Below, piece after piece: positions 54,911 through 64,000 of a stretch of 64,000 nucleotides of DNA (position 1 is its first letter; the number at the start of each line of letters is the position of its first letter). Both the position numbers and the translations under genes were made by a program. This DNA is from a virus. Taxonomy: Duplodnaviria > Heunggongvirae > Uroviricota > Caudoviricetes. Under the pieces are notes generated by a model. It saw only the letters and a program-made list of their open reading frames with translations, had not been told where the DNA came from and did not search any database. The stretch lies in IMG/VR virus record IMGVR_UViG_3300022661_000054. One strand, given 5' to 3'.

Positions 54911-54972
54911 GCCAAACTACACTACTTTTATGTATCCTGTTATACCAGCATTAAGAAATAAGTATTGGCTCT
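54911..54972 (-). ncRNA. Y-RNA-like small RNA, copy 5
   Basis: AGA GCCAA-U-ACU UAUUUCU ... AGU-UUGGC; promoter TGTATAAT at ~54990. Confidence 0.7.
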
Positions 54973-55152
54973 AAATTAATTACATCATATTATACAGTAT
55001 TAAGTTTTAAATTTTGCACAACAATAACTAAAAAATTTTGCTGTGCAAATAAAAAATATATTATAAATATATTATAATAATTAATTATATTATTATATAT
55101 AATATACTTTTATTATTTTTTAATTTATTATACGATAAATTTTTCAGTTATT

Positions 55153-55524
55153 TTATTCATTTATGATAAATTTTGTTCTTTCTATTAAAGTTCTAACTTC
55201 TTCTGCATCATCAAAGTCATCAACAACTTCCAAGGTGCCGCCTCGTTGAAGTTTAACAGTATAATAATATACTCCTGGTGTTAAAGCTCTGGTATCATTT
55301 GGCTCTATTTTAATAGAAATTTTGCCTGTTTCTGGATTTTGATCATCTAAACTGTAACCTTTTAAAACAATAGCCTCTTCAAATCTTTGATTTGGATATA
55401 ATAAAGCAAAGTATACAGCCTCATTAGTACCTAATAAGTGCTTTACAGTTGAATTATTTTCTGTTATATCTATATTAAATATGTAAGAATCGCCACGATT
55501 TAGTTTAATTATTTTAGTTGACAT
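55153..55524 (-). CDS. Small structural protein (BppU-N-like)
   Basis: IKLNRGDS...IKIEPNDT..L.PGVYYYTVKL; preceded by GCTAAATTA. Confidence 0.55.
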   Translation of the reverse strand: MSTKIIKLNRGDSYIFNIDITENNSTVKHLLGTNEAVYFALLYPNQRFEEAIVLKGYSLDDQNPETGKISIKIEPNDTRALTPGVYYYTVKLQRGGTLEVVDDFDDAEEVRTLIERTKFIINE

Positions 55525-55579
55525 CTCTAGTCTCCTTATAGTATAAGTCTATATAATTTAGCAAATACTTTTAGTAAAT

Positions 55580-55617
55580 AAAAATAGCCTTAGCTAAAAA
55601 ATACTAAGGCTATTTTT
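55580..55617. terminator. Terminator-like hairpin
   Basis: aaaatagccttag...ctaaggctattttt. Confidence 0.6.
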
Positions 55618-55626
55618 ATTTATGTG

Positions 55627-56646
55627 TTAACTATTGTACACAATCCATATATCCCCTTCAGTACCATCAGAATCTGTTGGGGCAGCCGTTCTAAAATAAA
55701 TAGAATTTGTACGATCAGTTTTATAAGTAGATCGATAATAATTATAATGAATAGGCTTACCTTCCGTATCCGATACTGCTTTTGTAGCAAGGTCTGCTAA
55801 TTCAGTGTTAGGAACCTTTGTAGAACCTTTTAGAATGTTATCAAGGTCTGTTATAATATTTGGCACTTTTGTTCTATTTAATTCAGTTACTATAGGCTGT
55901 ATTGCATCAAGACGAGCAAGTAAACCTTCAGAAGAGTTATTAATTGAGTCATTAATTTCTTCAATTTTTCCATCTAAGTTATCGAGTTCTTCTGCTAATT
56001 TCACAATTTCCGCATAATCATAACTCTCTGACTCATTTAATTCATTAACTATATGTGTAGCATTAGTTGCTAATTTTAAAGGTTCTGTCTCGTCATAAGT
56101 ACCAAAATAAATATTTCCAGTACCACTGCTTATATATAAGTAAGTAGAAAATTTTTTATTTACTTTATTATAAGCTGAAAACTTTTTTAAGTTGTTTTCG
56201 TTACCGGTAATTATACTTATACTATGAATTTTATTAAAAGCACTTTGCGGTATATCAGTAGCTGCGCTTAAATTAGAGCCATCCCAGCTGTAAGAAATAG
56301 AAGTTTTTGCTAATTCTTCTACCGCGCCATCGACAACTTTATTTTTAATATCATACCAATTCAAAACCGACTTTTGATCTGTAACAGTGTCGCCTATATT
56401 AGGAACTGTTATTCTACCCTTAAAACTACCTCCACCTGCTGGAACAACTTTTAAACTTTGATTAGAAGAGCCATCAAATTCTATTGAACTTTCCTCACCG
56501 GTAAGATTGACTTTTGTAAGAGTTAACTTAGATGTTAACTTATTAGCTGTATGAGCTAGCTCTGCCTCAACAGCATTTATATTAAAGGTTTCTTCAGTAC
56601 CAGTAGAATTTTCAATTACAATAGTATTTTTTAATTCTTTTGCCAT
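55627..56646 (-). CDS. Tail-fibre-associated protein
   Basis: GEESSIEFDGSSN motif and C-terminal APTDSDGTEGDIWIVY. Confidence 0.55.
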   Translation of the reverse strand: MAKELKNTIVIENSTGTEETFNINAVEAELAHTANKLTSKLTLTKVNLTGEESSIEFDGSSNQSLKVVPAGGGSFKGRITVPNIGDTVTDQKSVLNWYDIKNKVVDGAVEELAKTSISYSWDGSNLSAATDIPQSAFNKIHSISIITGNENNLKKFSAYNKVNKKFSTYLYISSGTGNIYFGTYDETEPLKLATNATHIVNELNESESYDYAEIVKLAEELDNLDGKIEEINDSINNSSEGLLARLDAIQPIVTELNRTKVPNIITDLDNILKGSTKVPNTELADLATKAVSDTEGKPIHYNYYRSTYKTDRTNSIYFRTAAPTDSDGTEGDIWIVYNS

Positions 56647-56695
56647 TTATATAAAGTCCTTTCAAAGAAATCTTATTTCATATATAATTTAGCAA

Positions 56696-59467
56696 TTAAT
56701 TTGTATTTAAATAAGTTACTATAGGTTTTGTTAACATACAAATAGGATTAGACGTTGTTACCACTTGGCTATCATAAACAATGGTGCCATTATTATCTAC
56801 CGTCCAAGTACGAATACCTATCTGAATATTATCTCCTATTTTTGGTATATATTCAAAATATTCAGTTATGTTGAAATCTAAAGGTTTATTTAATGATTTT
56901 AATTTTTTTTCTTTTTTTACAGTGCCATTTACTATTAACTTGATAGTATATCCATAACTTTGCTTCAGCTCAGTATCTTTCTTACCATGCACTTTCCAAT
57001 AGCCCCAGTCTGAAATTTTAGAAGTTTTTAATTGAAAAGAGTTATAAGGCATTTTGTTATCCGTAGTGATAAGTTCTGCTGTTTTAACTGGTACTGGGCG
57101 GCTCTGCTCAGTTGTAAATACTTGTGAGAGTAATACTTCTTCTCCAGAGCTGTCGTTTTTAACACTTACAAGCATAGTATATTCAGTATTTGGAACTAAA
57201 TTAGCGCATTTAAAAGTACCAATACTAATATTGTCTATAGGGTCTGACATCATTATTGTCGGATTGATTTCTAAAGCATTCTTATTATTTATAAGTCTAC
57301 AACTACCAGATGTTCCAAATAACGTTATAAATGCAGCGTTAATTGTGGTGGGCGTTTGCTTGGTCAATATAAGATTTGTAGCTAGAAAATCTTTTTTAGC
57401 AGTAAAAGATTTTCCAGAAAAGCGTTCATACCATCTTTCTGCAGCTCCTCCTCTTTCATCACATAAGACATCTCTGTTTTCTTCTTTTCGCTGATTGCAG
57501 CGTGTTTCTCCGAATCTATTTTTGTAACAGCTCTCATAAGCTTCACAAGTTGTTTCACAGTTTGAATCATAATCTTTTTTAGCACAATAGGTACGTCGCC
57601 ATTTACTTCCATCTGAATTAGTACCACTATGTGGAGGCAGTACATTAGCATTTTTTATATTACGATGAAATCCCCAAATAGCTACTCCTGAACGCTCATA
57701 ATCAAAAGCCCAAGCACACCCCAAAGTATAAGGGTCTTTATCACTAGTTGCAAATTCATCAAACGTTTTAATTCCAAATTCTCTTCCAACGACACCTTTT
57801 TTATATTCTATATTAGTATCTTTTTCATATATAATTCGATCTAACTGTGCATTAATATCTGTATAATCTAAACCATTTTTATTACACCAAGGTATTAAAG
57901 TATCATTTGCCGGTGTCCACTGTACTAGCCCAAAACCACTACCTCCATCTTCGCCTCTACCTGGGTTCATACCAGATTCAACTTCCATATTACCAAGCAC
58001 TCCAGCAACTGCTGAAGGTGACCAACCTTTTCCACATAAATATTGCCAAATATATAAAGCATTTTTTGTCATTTTTTCAGGATAGCTGCGCAAATCTACA
58101 TTAGAACATGTGACATCAGATTTAGCTACAGTATCTAATACAACTTGTTGTGGTGTATCATCTGTAGTTTCTTCTGACTTATTAACGACTATTCTATTAT
58201 TTGTAGGTTGATAAATAAAACCATCAAATCTATGGTTGGGCGCGAGATCATTCCATTGACCATTAGTACCTCGGTGACGCTCCGCAACAAAAAAATGTCC
58301 CCATTTTGAATTGTTATTTGGGTCATAACCAATCCATGAACTATAGTTATTTGACCATGCACTTTCAGATGTTATAATAGTATTTCGATCTTCTGATACA
58401 TATTCAACAATGGCTATATGACCTTCGCCAAGGTCGTTTTTATGCCAGCAAGCAGCCGCCCCAACTTCTGGTTCAAAAGAAACTGTATAACCCTCTCCTT
58501 TTGCTATATCAACCCATTTACCTGGAAGTACCTGGCTATTATTAATAAACGAAAATTTACCTTCGCCTGTTATTGGATTTTTTTCAAGTTCACTATCACC
58601 AGTTAGTCCTGCATAAATTTCAGCAAATCTACCCCAAGCATACGCATTACAGTTTGGAAGTACAAACCAACTCTCTTTATCATGCGGGTTATGTGGGTTT
58701 TTACCTAGTTTTCCAGCCGGGCAAGAGCCTGTGCCCTCATGAGCAGTTTGTTTATTGCTGGCATAATAATTATAGATGTCTTGCTCAGCTTCCTTTGGTG
58801 GAATAGGCACAAGTTTGCCAGACACAAGATATTCATTTAAGTCAAATCTCGGGCCATCTAAGCTAGTTAAATTACCAAATGAGGTAAATACATCGACATA
58901 ACATCCAATATAATTTTTTAGTGCTACAATAGCATCTCTTGTGTAACGTTTACCGTCAAAAGTGCTAAAATTCATCTCTTTTAGATACTTATTACAGTCT
59001 ATAAAACCTGCTACATTACATTTGCCGTCGGTTATTGCTGTATTTATTTCCGTATTAAATGAGTCTATTTTCTCATTTAATTTGCTTTTAGAAATAGCTC
59101 CGCCTGAGCATTCTGAATGCGGATAATCACTGTCTACAGGAATAACAGAGCAAACATAAAATTTTAAATTAGGATACTGAGCTTTTAAGTCATTAATTGC
59201 ATTTATATACTTTTCAGTAATATCAGTTAATTTATAAGCACTATCCCAAATACAACTATATACACAATCATTAAAGCCTATCATTATAACAACGTTATTA
59301 ATATTTGTGGATAATGATGATATAGTATTTTTTGCATTAGTTGTTAACCAAGAAAGCTCACCAGAATCATCAGTAAGGTAGGAAAATTCGTGATAAAGCT
59401 CATCATTTCTTCTGTGTTGTTTGTGCATCTGTGCAGCTGTAAAATCACCTATTATTAGTGTTGCCAA
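56696..59467 (-). CDS. Multidomain virion hydrolase: SGNH-like + CHAP + phage-tail lysozyme + Ig/FN3-like
   Basis: IGD..MIGFND; LPNCNAYAWGR...GHIAIVE; AGVLGNMEVESGMNP..GLVQWTP. Confidence 0.75.
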   Translation of the reverse strand: MATLIIGDFTAAQMHKQHRRNDELYHEFSYLTDDSGELSWLTTNAKNTISSLSTNINNVVIMIGFNDCVYSCIWDSAYKLTDITEKYINAINDLKAQYPNLKFYVCSVIPVDSDYPHSECSGGAISKSKLNEKIDSFNTEINTAITDGKCNVAGFIDCNKYLKEMNFSTFDGKRYTRDAIVALKNYIGCYVDVFTSFGNLTSLDGPRFDLNEYLVSGKLVPIPPKEAEQDIYNYYASNKQTAHEGTGSCPAGKLGKNPHNPHDKESWFVLPNCNAYAWGRFAEIYAGLTGDSELEKNPITGEGKFSFINNSQVLPGKWVDIAKGEGYTVSFEPEVGAAACWHKNDLGEGHIAIVEYVSEDRNTIITSESAWSNNYSSWIGYDPNNNSKWGHFFVAERHRGTNGQWNDLAPNHRFDGFIYQPTNNRIVVNKSEETTDDTPQQVVLDTVAKSDVTCSNVDLRSYPEKMTKNALYIWQYLCGKGWSPSAVAGVLGNMEVESGMNPGRGEDGGSGFGLVQWTPANDTLIPWCNKNGLDYTDINAQLDRIIYEKDTNIEYKKGVVGREFGIKTFDEFATSDKDPYTLGCAWAFDYERSGVAIWGFHRNIKNANVLPPHSGTNSDGSKWRRTYCAKKDYDSNCETTCEAYESCYKNRFGETRCNQRKEENRDVLCDERGGAAERWYERFSGKSFTAKKDFLATNLILTKQTPTTINAAFITLFGTSGSCRLINNKNALEINPTIMMSDPIDNISIGTFKCANLVPNTEYTMLVSVKNDSSGEEVLLSQVFTTEQSRPVPVKTAELITTDNKMPYNSFQLKTSKISDWGYWKVHGKKDTELKQSYGYTIKLIVNGTVKKEKKLKSLNKPLDFNITEYFEYIPKIGDNIQIGIRTWTVDNNGTIVYDSQVVTTSNPICMLTKPIVTYLNTN

Positions 59468-59470
59468 TTC

Positions 59471-60517
59471 TTATAGCTCCTCCTTATGATATAAAATAGT
59501 AGGCTTAAAAGAGTCTTTTATATTAATAAGCATATTACATTTTTTTATATTATTAAAATTGCCAGTACCAAACTTTTGTGTTTTAGTAGACTGCACAAAA
59601 CTTGTCTTTGTAGTAAAAATAATATTTGGCGAAGTGTATACTGTAGAATCTGACTTTTTTGTTGCTTTTATTATTAATTTATATGTAGAATCTTTAGATA
59701 TTCCATTATTAATTGTTATATTATTACTTTTCATACTCAAAGATACAGCTGATGGTTCAGTTTTAGCTGTAATTGGACTTAATAAATAGGACCAATTATA
59801 CTCAGTGTTATCAACTGAATCTACTACTTCATCATTCTCTATTTTAATAATATCTAATGCTAGACTTATTGAAGATGTTGTTATTTTAGTTAGATTTGCG
59901 TTTAATTTTAAACCAGAAAAGCTAATTGTACTAGTAACTTCTGGGCCTGGAACACTAGGATCTGCTGAAGATCCCTCATCTCCTAAAACCATTATGGTGT
60001 GACCATGCTTAACTAATATATCGCCACGAGCAAGTTTACTAATATCGCTAAAATAACTAGTGTCAGTTATAACATTATACTTATTACTATCCTTAAAAGC
60101 TTTTACCATAGATGTGGTAGTTACACTTTTAGACACATTGACACCGGCAGCTATCGCGCATACAGCCATAAATGCTGAACAGTCTGTGTTACAATTAACT
60201 GTTATCTTAGAGAGGTCGAAACCAACTTTTTCTGCTTCATTATAAAGTGAAAGGCGGTCATTCTGCGAATACCCTACACAATTATTATTACAACCCTGTT
60301 CACAAGCAATAACAGACTTTTCCGCTACAGCAGAATCTTTTGGTCTTAGTACAGTGTGAAAGTTTGATGTTTTTATAGTTTTTTCTGAATACTTTTGTAT
60401 TCTAACTTCTTCGTTGTGGCGGCCATACTCATCATAATAGCCCTGGTCGCCAGCTTCACCATAAGCTGTACGATTTTCACTAAGCGACGCATGACCTATT
60501 CTTATTGATTTTGTCAT
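59471..60517 (-). CDS. NlpC/P60-CHAP-like peptidoglycan peptidase with C-terminal beta domains
   Basis: IGHASLSE..GEAGDQ, VGYSQNDR, TDCSAF, RGDILVKHGHT. Confidence 0.7.
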   Translation of the reverse strand: MTKSIRIGHASLSENRTAYGEAGDQGYYDEYGRHNEEVRIQKYSEKTIKTSNFHTVLRPKDSAVAEKSVIACEQGCNNNCVGYSQNDRLSLYNEAEKVGFDLSKITVNCNTDCSAFMAVCAIAAGVNVSKSVTTTSMVKAFKDSNKYNVITDTSYFSDISKLARGDILVKHGHTIMVLGDEGSSADPSVPGPEVTSTISFSGLKLNANLTKITTSSISLALDIIKIENDEVVDSVDNTEYNWSYLLSPITAKTEPSAVSLSMKSNNITINNGISKDSTYKLIIKATKKSDSTVYTSPNIIFTTKTSFVQSTKTQKFGTGNFNNIKKCNMLINIKDSFKPTILYHKEEL

Positions 60518-60541
60518 TTAACTTACTCCACTTAAATTTTA

Positions 60542-61261
60542 TTATCTCCAAAAACCAGTAACACTTATTGATATTTTATAATTAGCACTATTATCTTGCT
60601 TATTTGAGCTTACTATATAATAAGATGCTGATTCTTTTAATGTATTTGTACCGTTTTTAGCCGTAGCTAACCATACAAGACCGTCTGGACTTTGTACTGT
60701 AGCAACTTCAGCTGGAGTCTTTAATTCAGCTGTGCTTATAAAATTAAATGGATATTTAATCCTAGGTATTTCAGTAGAATTTTTAAATAATGATTCACCT
60801 AACTCGGTTTGAACAGTTGTAGTAACAACTAAAGACATAGAACATTTTGCTATGCCTGAAGACCATTTTTGGTACACCCAACCATTACCGACACCAGATT
60901 CTACTACATAATCAACTTCAGGTTCAGCATCATAATGCTGTAAATAGATTTGCCCGACGGTTTTCTCGTCGGGCGCATCTGTTCCGTAAGTAATAACTGC
61001 CGGGCTTTCTCTCTTTAATAGAGCCGCCACTGGATTAACTAGTATATTTAATAATTTTGTGCGACGGTTTTTAGCCTCTACCTCGGACGATAAAATTTCT
61101 TCTGCAGAAAGACCACTGGCACTTGGCAGCGTGCTCCAAGAAGATTTTCCATCACCAATTTTTATTTTATGTGTATCTTTATCATAGCCTGGCTGACCAT
61201 CTTCTAATGGCGTCTTTTGTTTATACCAGGTAGCAGTTTTTCCTCTTCTAAATTTAATCAT
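60542..61261 (-). CDS. Tail-fibre/structural protein with Mtd-N-like N-terminus
   Basis: IKFRRG...GQPGYDKDTHKIKIGDGKSSWSTLP; WVYQKWSSGIAKC. Confidence 0.65.
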   Translation of the reverse strand: MIKFRRGKTATWYKQKTPLEDGQPGYDKDTHKIKIGDGKSSWSTLPSASGLSAEEILSSEVEAKNRRTKLLNILVNPVAALLKRESPAVITYGTDAPDEKTVGQIYLQHYDAEPEVDYVVESGVGNGWVYQKWSSGIAKCSMSLVVTTTVQTELGESLFKNSTEIPRIKYPFNFISTAELKTPAEVATVQSPDGLVWLATAKNGTNTLKESASYYIVSSNKQDNSANYKISISVTGFWR

Positions 61262-61287
61262 TTATATCAAATGCCTTTCAATTAAAT

Positions 61288-62016
61288 CTAAGCTTGTGAA
61301 TTAATTTCTGCAACAACAGCAGCAATAATTTCAGCTTTATCACTTTCAGTTAATACATAAGCAGGGCCAGTTTCACCACGTTGGCCAGGTTCTCCTTGAG
61401 GTCCAGCAGGGCCTTGTACACCATCATTGCCAACAATTTTACCAAGATTAACTTCGTCATTATTAGTGTAGGTAATCAAAAGCTCATCAGTATCAGTTAT
61501 AGATATTGATTTAATACCTATGCCGTCTTTACCAGCAGTTCCAGCAGCTTTTATGCCGGTATCATTATCACCTATTTGCCAGTTGCCTGCATCATTAATA
61601 AACGGTGTTAAACCATTATCACCTGTATCACCCTTTTCTCCTTGGATACTAGCTCCTTGAGGACCTTGGTCACCCTTAGCACCTTTTAACCCTGTAAAAG
61701 AGAATTCAAAAGTTCTAGCACTTTCAGTACCACCTAAAGCCACAGAGACTTTAGGTGTTCCAGAAGTATTATCAACAGATGCGGTAGCACCTGTGATTAT
61801 GGCATTTATTCCGTTTTTGCCAGCAGCGCCTTGCTGACCATCAATGCCATCAGCACCGTCTAAAATATCTACAGTTTTTGAACCAACAGCATCTACGATA
61901 GTTAATCTATGCCCACCATCAGTATCTGTAACTGTAATTGTAGGAGAAATACCGTCTTTGCCGGTGTCTCCTATACCACCAGCAACAGGGAAGAAAGGAA
62001 GGTCGTACATACTCAT
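61288..62016 (-). CDS. Collagen-like (G-X-Y) tail fibre protein
   Basis: GKDGISPTI, GLKGAKGDQGPQG, GVQGPAGPQGEPGQRGETGP. Confidence 0.8.
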   Translation of the reverse strand: MSMYDLPFFPVAGGIGDTGKDGISPTITVTDTDGGHRLTIVDAVGSKTVDILDGADGIDGQQGAAGKNGINAIITGATASVDNTSGTPKVSVALGGTESARTFEFSFTGLKGAKGDQGPQGASIQGEKGDTGDNGLTPFINDAGNWQIGDNDTGIKAAGTAGKDGIGIKSISITDTDELLITYTNNDEVNLGKIVGNDGVQGPAGPQGEPGQRGETGPAYVLTESDKAEIIAAVVAEINSQA

Positions 62017-62327
62017 TATTGATACACCTTATCCTCTCTAAAATACATGTATCTAACAACTGCATTTATTCCAGTCGTTTTAAATACCAGACTATTCACT
62101 TTAATACTATCATAGCCAAATTCTAAAGGTTCTTTAGCATTAATAGAAAAGTCTCTGCCATTTACTTCAACTTCGCAAGCAGCGTCTACTTTAATACCTA
62201 ATTTTCTAAGTACAAAATTTTCAGGCACCTTGTTTAGTTCAAGACTTACTTCATGTTCTCTTATTGCTTGAACAACATTTTCAGAGGTTGTTCCAGTAAT
62301 ATCGAACTCACCATATACTCGTTGCAT
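62016..62327 (-). CDS. Hypothetical protein
   Basis: 103-aa coupled ORF. Confidence 0.65.
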   Translation of the reverse strand: MQRVYGEFDITGTTSENVVQAIREHEVSLELNKVPENFVLRKLGIKVDAACEVEVNGRDFSINAKEPLEFGYDSIKVNSLVFKTTGINAVVRYMYFREDKVYQ

Positions 62328-62375
62328 ACAATTTTACCTCTCTAAATTTATTTATATTTTTAGTTGCCTTTACTT

Positions 62376-62600
62376 TTATTCATCACGATCTTTTATAACT
62401 TTACTAATTTTTATACCACAAAGCATTAACAATTCGCCAGCCCAAAATGAGAAAAAGCTAGTTGTTAGTGTAGAAGAAATTTCAACACTCGTAAAAAATT
62501 GTAGTACAAAAGCAGCTATTGTATATAATGTTATCATAGTACAAATAACTACTAATAATATATTAGATACTTTTACATTTTTCTTTGGTTTATTTGTCAT
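62376..62600 (-). CDS. Small two-TM membrane protein (lysis-associated)
   Basis: Two hydrophobic helices, directly after the holin. Confidence 0.6.
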   Translation of the reverse strand: MTNKPKKNVKVSNILLVVICTMITLYTIAAFVLQFFTSVEISSTLTTSFFSFWAGELLMLCGIKISKVIKDRDE

Positions 62601-62619
62601 TAGGTATTACCTCCTAAGC

Positions 62620-63024
62620 TTAAGCAGCCTGCTTTACAACAACAACCTCAGATTCAATCTTAGTTGTAATATACGCCTTAAGGTCTTTAACAGCTTCATT
62701 TAAATAAATCTGTGCATCATCTGTTAAGATGTCTAAAACAGCATCATAGGTAAGCTGAAAAGCTTTTTTCTGTGCTTCAATATCAAAGGATCCTTCCTTC
62801 TTCAAAGCCTCTACAAATGTCTGGTTTGTAGCAATAACACACTCAGTAACTGTTTTATCAAGTAATTCAATATACTTCTTAGTTGTGTCGTTTTTTGCTT
62901 TCTCAAGCAGTTCCTGCTTTTTAGCTTTAATAAGGGTTACTAAATAAACAGTAGCTGCACCGAGAATCGGAATAATTGCTACTTCAAAAACTTTGTACAA
63001 AATGTCTAACCAATCTAATTGCAT
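62620..63024 (-). CDS. Holin, LL-H-like family
   Basis: Single N-terminal TM then TVTECVIATNQTFVEALKK...IESEV. Confidence 0.7.
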   Translation of the reverse strand: MQLDWLDILYKVFEVAIIPILGAATVYLVTLIKAKKQELLEKAKNDTTKKYIELLDKTVTECVIATNQTFVEALKKEGSFDIEAQKKAFQLTYDAVLDILTDDAQIYLNEAVKDLKAYITTKIESEVVVVKQAA

Positions 63025-63052
63025 TTAAGATTCTCCTTTACTTTAAGTTATA

Positions 63053-64000
63053 TTAAGTATTTGAATAAACTATTGTATAGTCAGAATCAAATACATGATA
63101 ACCTTTACCTGCTTTTTTACAAGCAGCTTTTGCATTCTCTAAATTTGAGTATGCACCTTTTTGAGTTTTTGCGTCATTTTTAGACTTTCTAACTCTATAA
63201 AGCTTATTATTAATTTTATTTTCTGCTGGGTTAATCCAAGCGCCTGCTGTATTACCTGTTCTATCAGTGGTAATATTGTACATTCCACTTATACCATTTG
63301 GATATTTATTAAATAAATAATATGTGCCTGTTTTATAAGTACCCTTACTATTAATCTGCTTAATAGCGTCTACAGCACTTGAATATTTATTTAAATTAGC
63401 AATAACTTTATAGGTATCTATCTTACTTACAGTATATGCCTTCTTACTTAATTTAGCTTTTTTAACAATTACATTACAGCAAGCTTGAGCACATTTATTA
63501 GCATATTCTTGAGTTAAAATTATAGGAACATCTGTTTTACTATCCATAAAGCCAAGCTCAAGTAAAACTGAGTCTGCCTTAGGTTCTCGGCATTCAAATA
63601 AGTTCGCTCTAGCACATCCGTTGGCCCGATTACCTTTTAGACCAGTTAATCGTATTAATTCATTATAAAAAGATTTTTGCCAATCAATAGTATTTTGAGG
63701 TACTGTGCCGCTATAGCAATAAGCAACTATACCGCCTCCAGTACCTCCTTTAATCCCAGCATTATGATGTATTGCAAGATATAAATCCGCATTCCACATG
63801 TCTGATTTTGAGGCGCGTTTAGAAAGAGAAATTTCTTTCTTGCCAGAAGTATCATCTAATCTTAATATCTCTATACCTTCATAGTCAGACAAAAGGAGCT
63901 CAAGCCTATCGGCAATACGATCATTTAGCCACCACTCTCTAGTTTCAGTCACGTCTAGAGACTTTAAGCATCTTTTACCTGCAGTATACAAATAATGCCC
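63053..64000 (-). CDS. Endolysin, N-acetylmuramoyl-L-alanine amidase (amidase_3), 5' end beyond window
   Basis: Frame stays open to the window end (GHYLYTAGKR); LAIHHNAG, LLELGFMDS; C-terminal LYRVRKS..QKGAY wall-binding motif. Confidence 0.85.
   Translation of the reverse strand, partial: GHYLYTAGKRCLKSLDVTETREWWLNDRIADRLELLLSDYEGIEILRLDDTSGKKEISLSKRASKSDMWNADLYLAIHHNAGIKGGTGGGIVAYCYSGTVPQNTIDWQKSFYNELIRLTGLKGNRANGCARANLFECREPKADSVLLELGFMDSKTDVPIILTQEYANKCAQACCNVIVKKAKLSKKAYTVSKIDTYKVIANLNKYSSAVDAIKQINSKGTYKTGTYYLFNKYPNGISGMYNITTDRTGNTAGAWINPAENKINNKLYRVRKSKNDAKTQKGAYSNLENAKAACKKAGKGYHVFDSDYTIVYSNT

Noticed and set aside
886-62041. All plus-strand ORFs in the track
   Set aside because: They lie antisense to well-supported minus-strand genes or tRNAs, lack SD context and recognisable motifs, and are shadow ORFs.
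1-64000. Stop-codon reassignment (alternative genetic code), as in some large gut phages
   Set aside because: Long genes (topoisomerase, PFL, 2917-aa wedge) are intact in code 11, TAG and TGA are used as real stops, and no suppressor anticodon (CUA/UCA) was found. The Leu UAG anticodon reads CUA codons.

Overview
A 64-kb, AT-rich segment of a large tailed phage, probably a contractile-tailed jumbo phage of an anaerobic Bacillota host (inferred from PFL, an LL-H-type holin, an amidase_3 endolysin and a Bacillota-type tRNA-Ile2). Essentially everything is on the minus strand and the standard genetic code fits. In window order: DnaC-like loader, dTTP-supply cluster (dut, folA, dCMP deaminase, thyA), two-subunit type II topoisomerase, baseplate genes including a 2917-aa wedge protein, pyruvate formate-lyase plus an HPr-like protein, and about 16 kb of small accessory genes rich in RNA-repair enzymes (cREC, Pnk-HD, Pol-beta nucleotidyltransferase, metallophosphoesterase, Thg1-like) with an ArfA-like peptide. 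Next is an ~11-kb RNA-gene island, then tail and lysis genes. The island holds the notable signals. (1) Three tRNA genes (Asp, Glu, Leu-UAA) each carry a CCA-ended tRNA-like element nested inside the anticodon loop; precise removal restores an exact 7-nt loop. (2) Five copies of a covarying Y-RNA-like stem (bulged U plus UAUUUCU) flank a helical/TerD-like gene that may be Ro60-related; one copy encloses a circularly permuted tRNA-Lys(UUU). (3) There is a ~640-nt ROOL/GOLLD-like large ncRNA. (4) There are several anticodon-less or degenerate tRNA mimics. All calls come from reading the sequence by eye; no searches were run.
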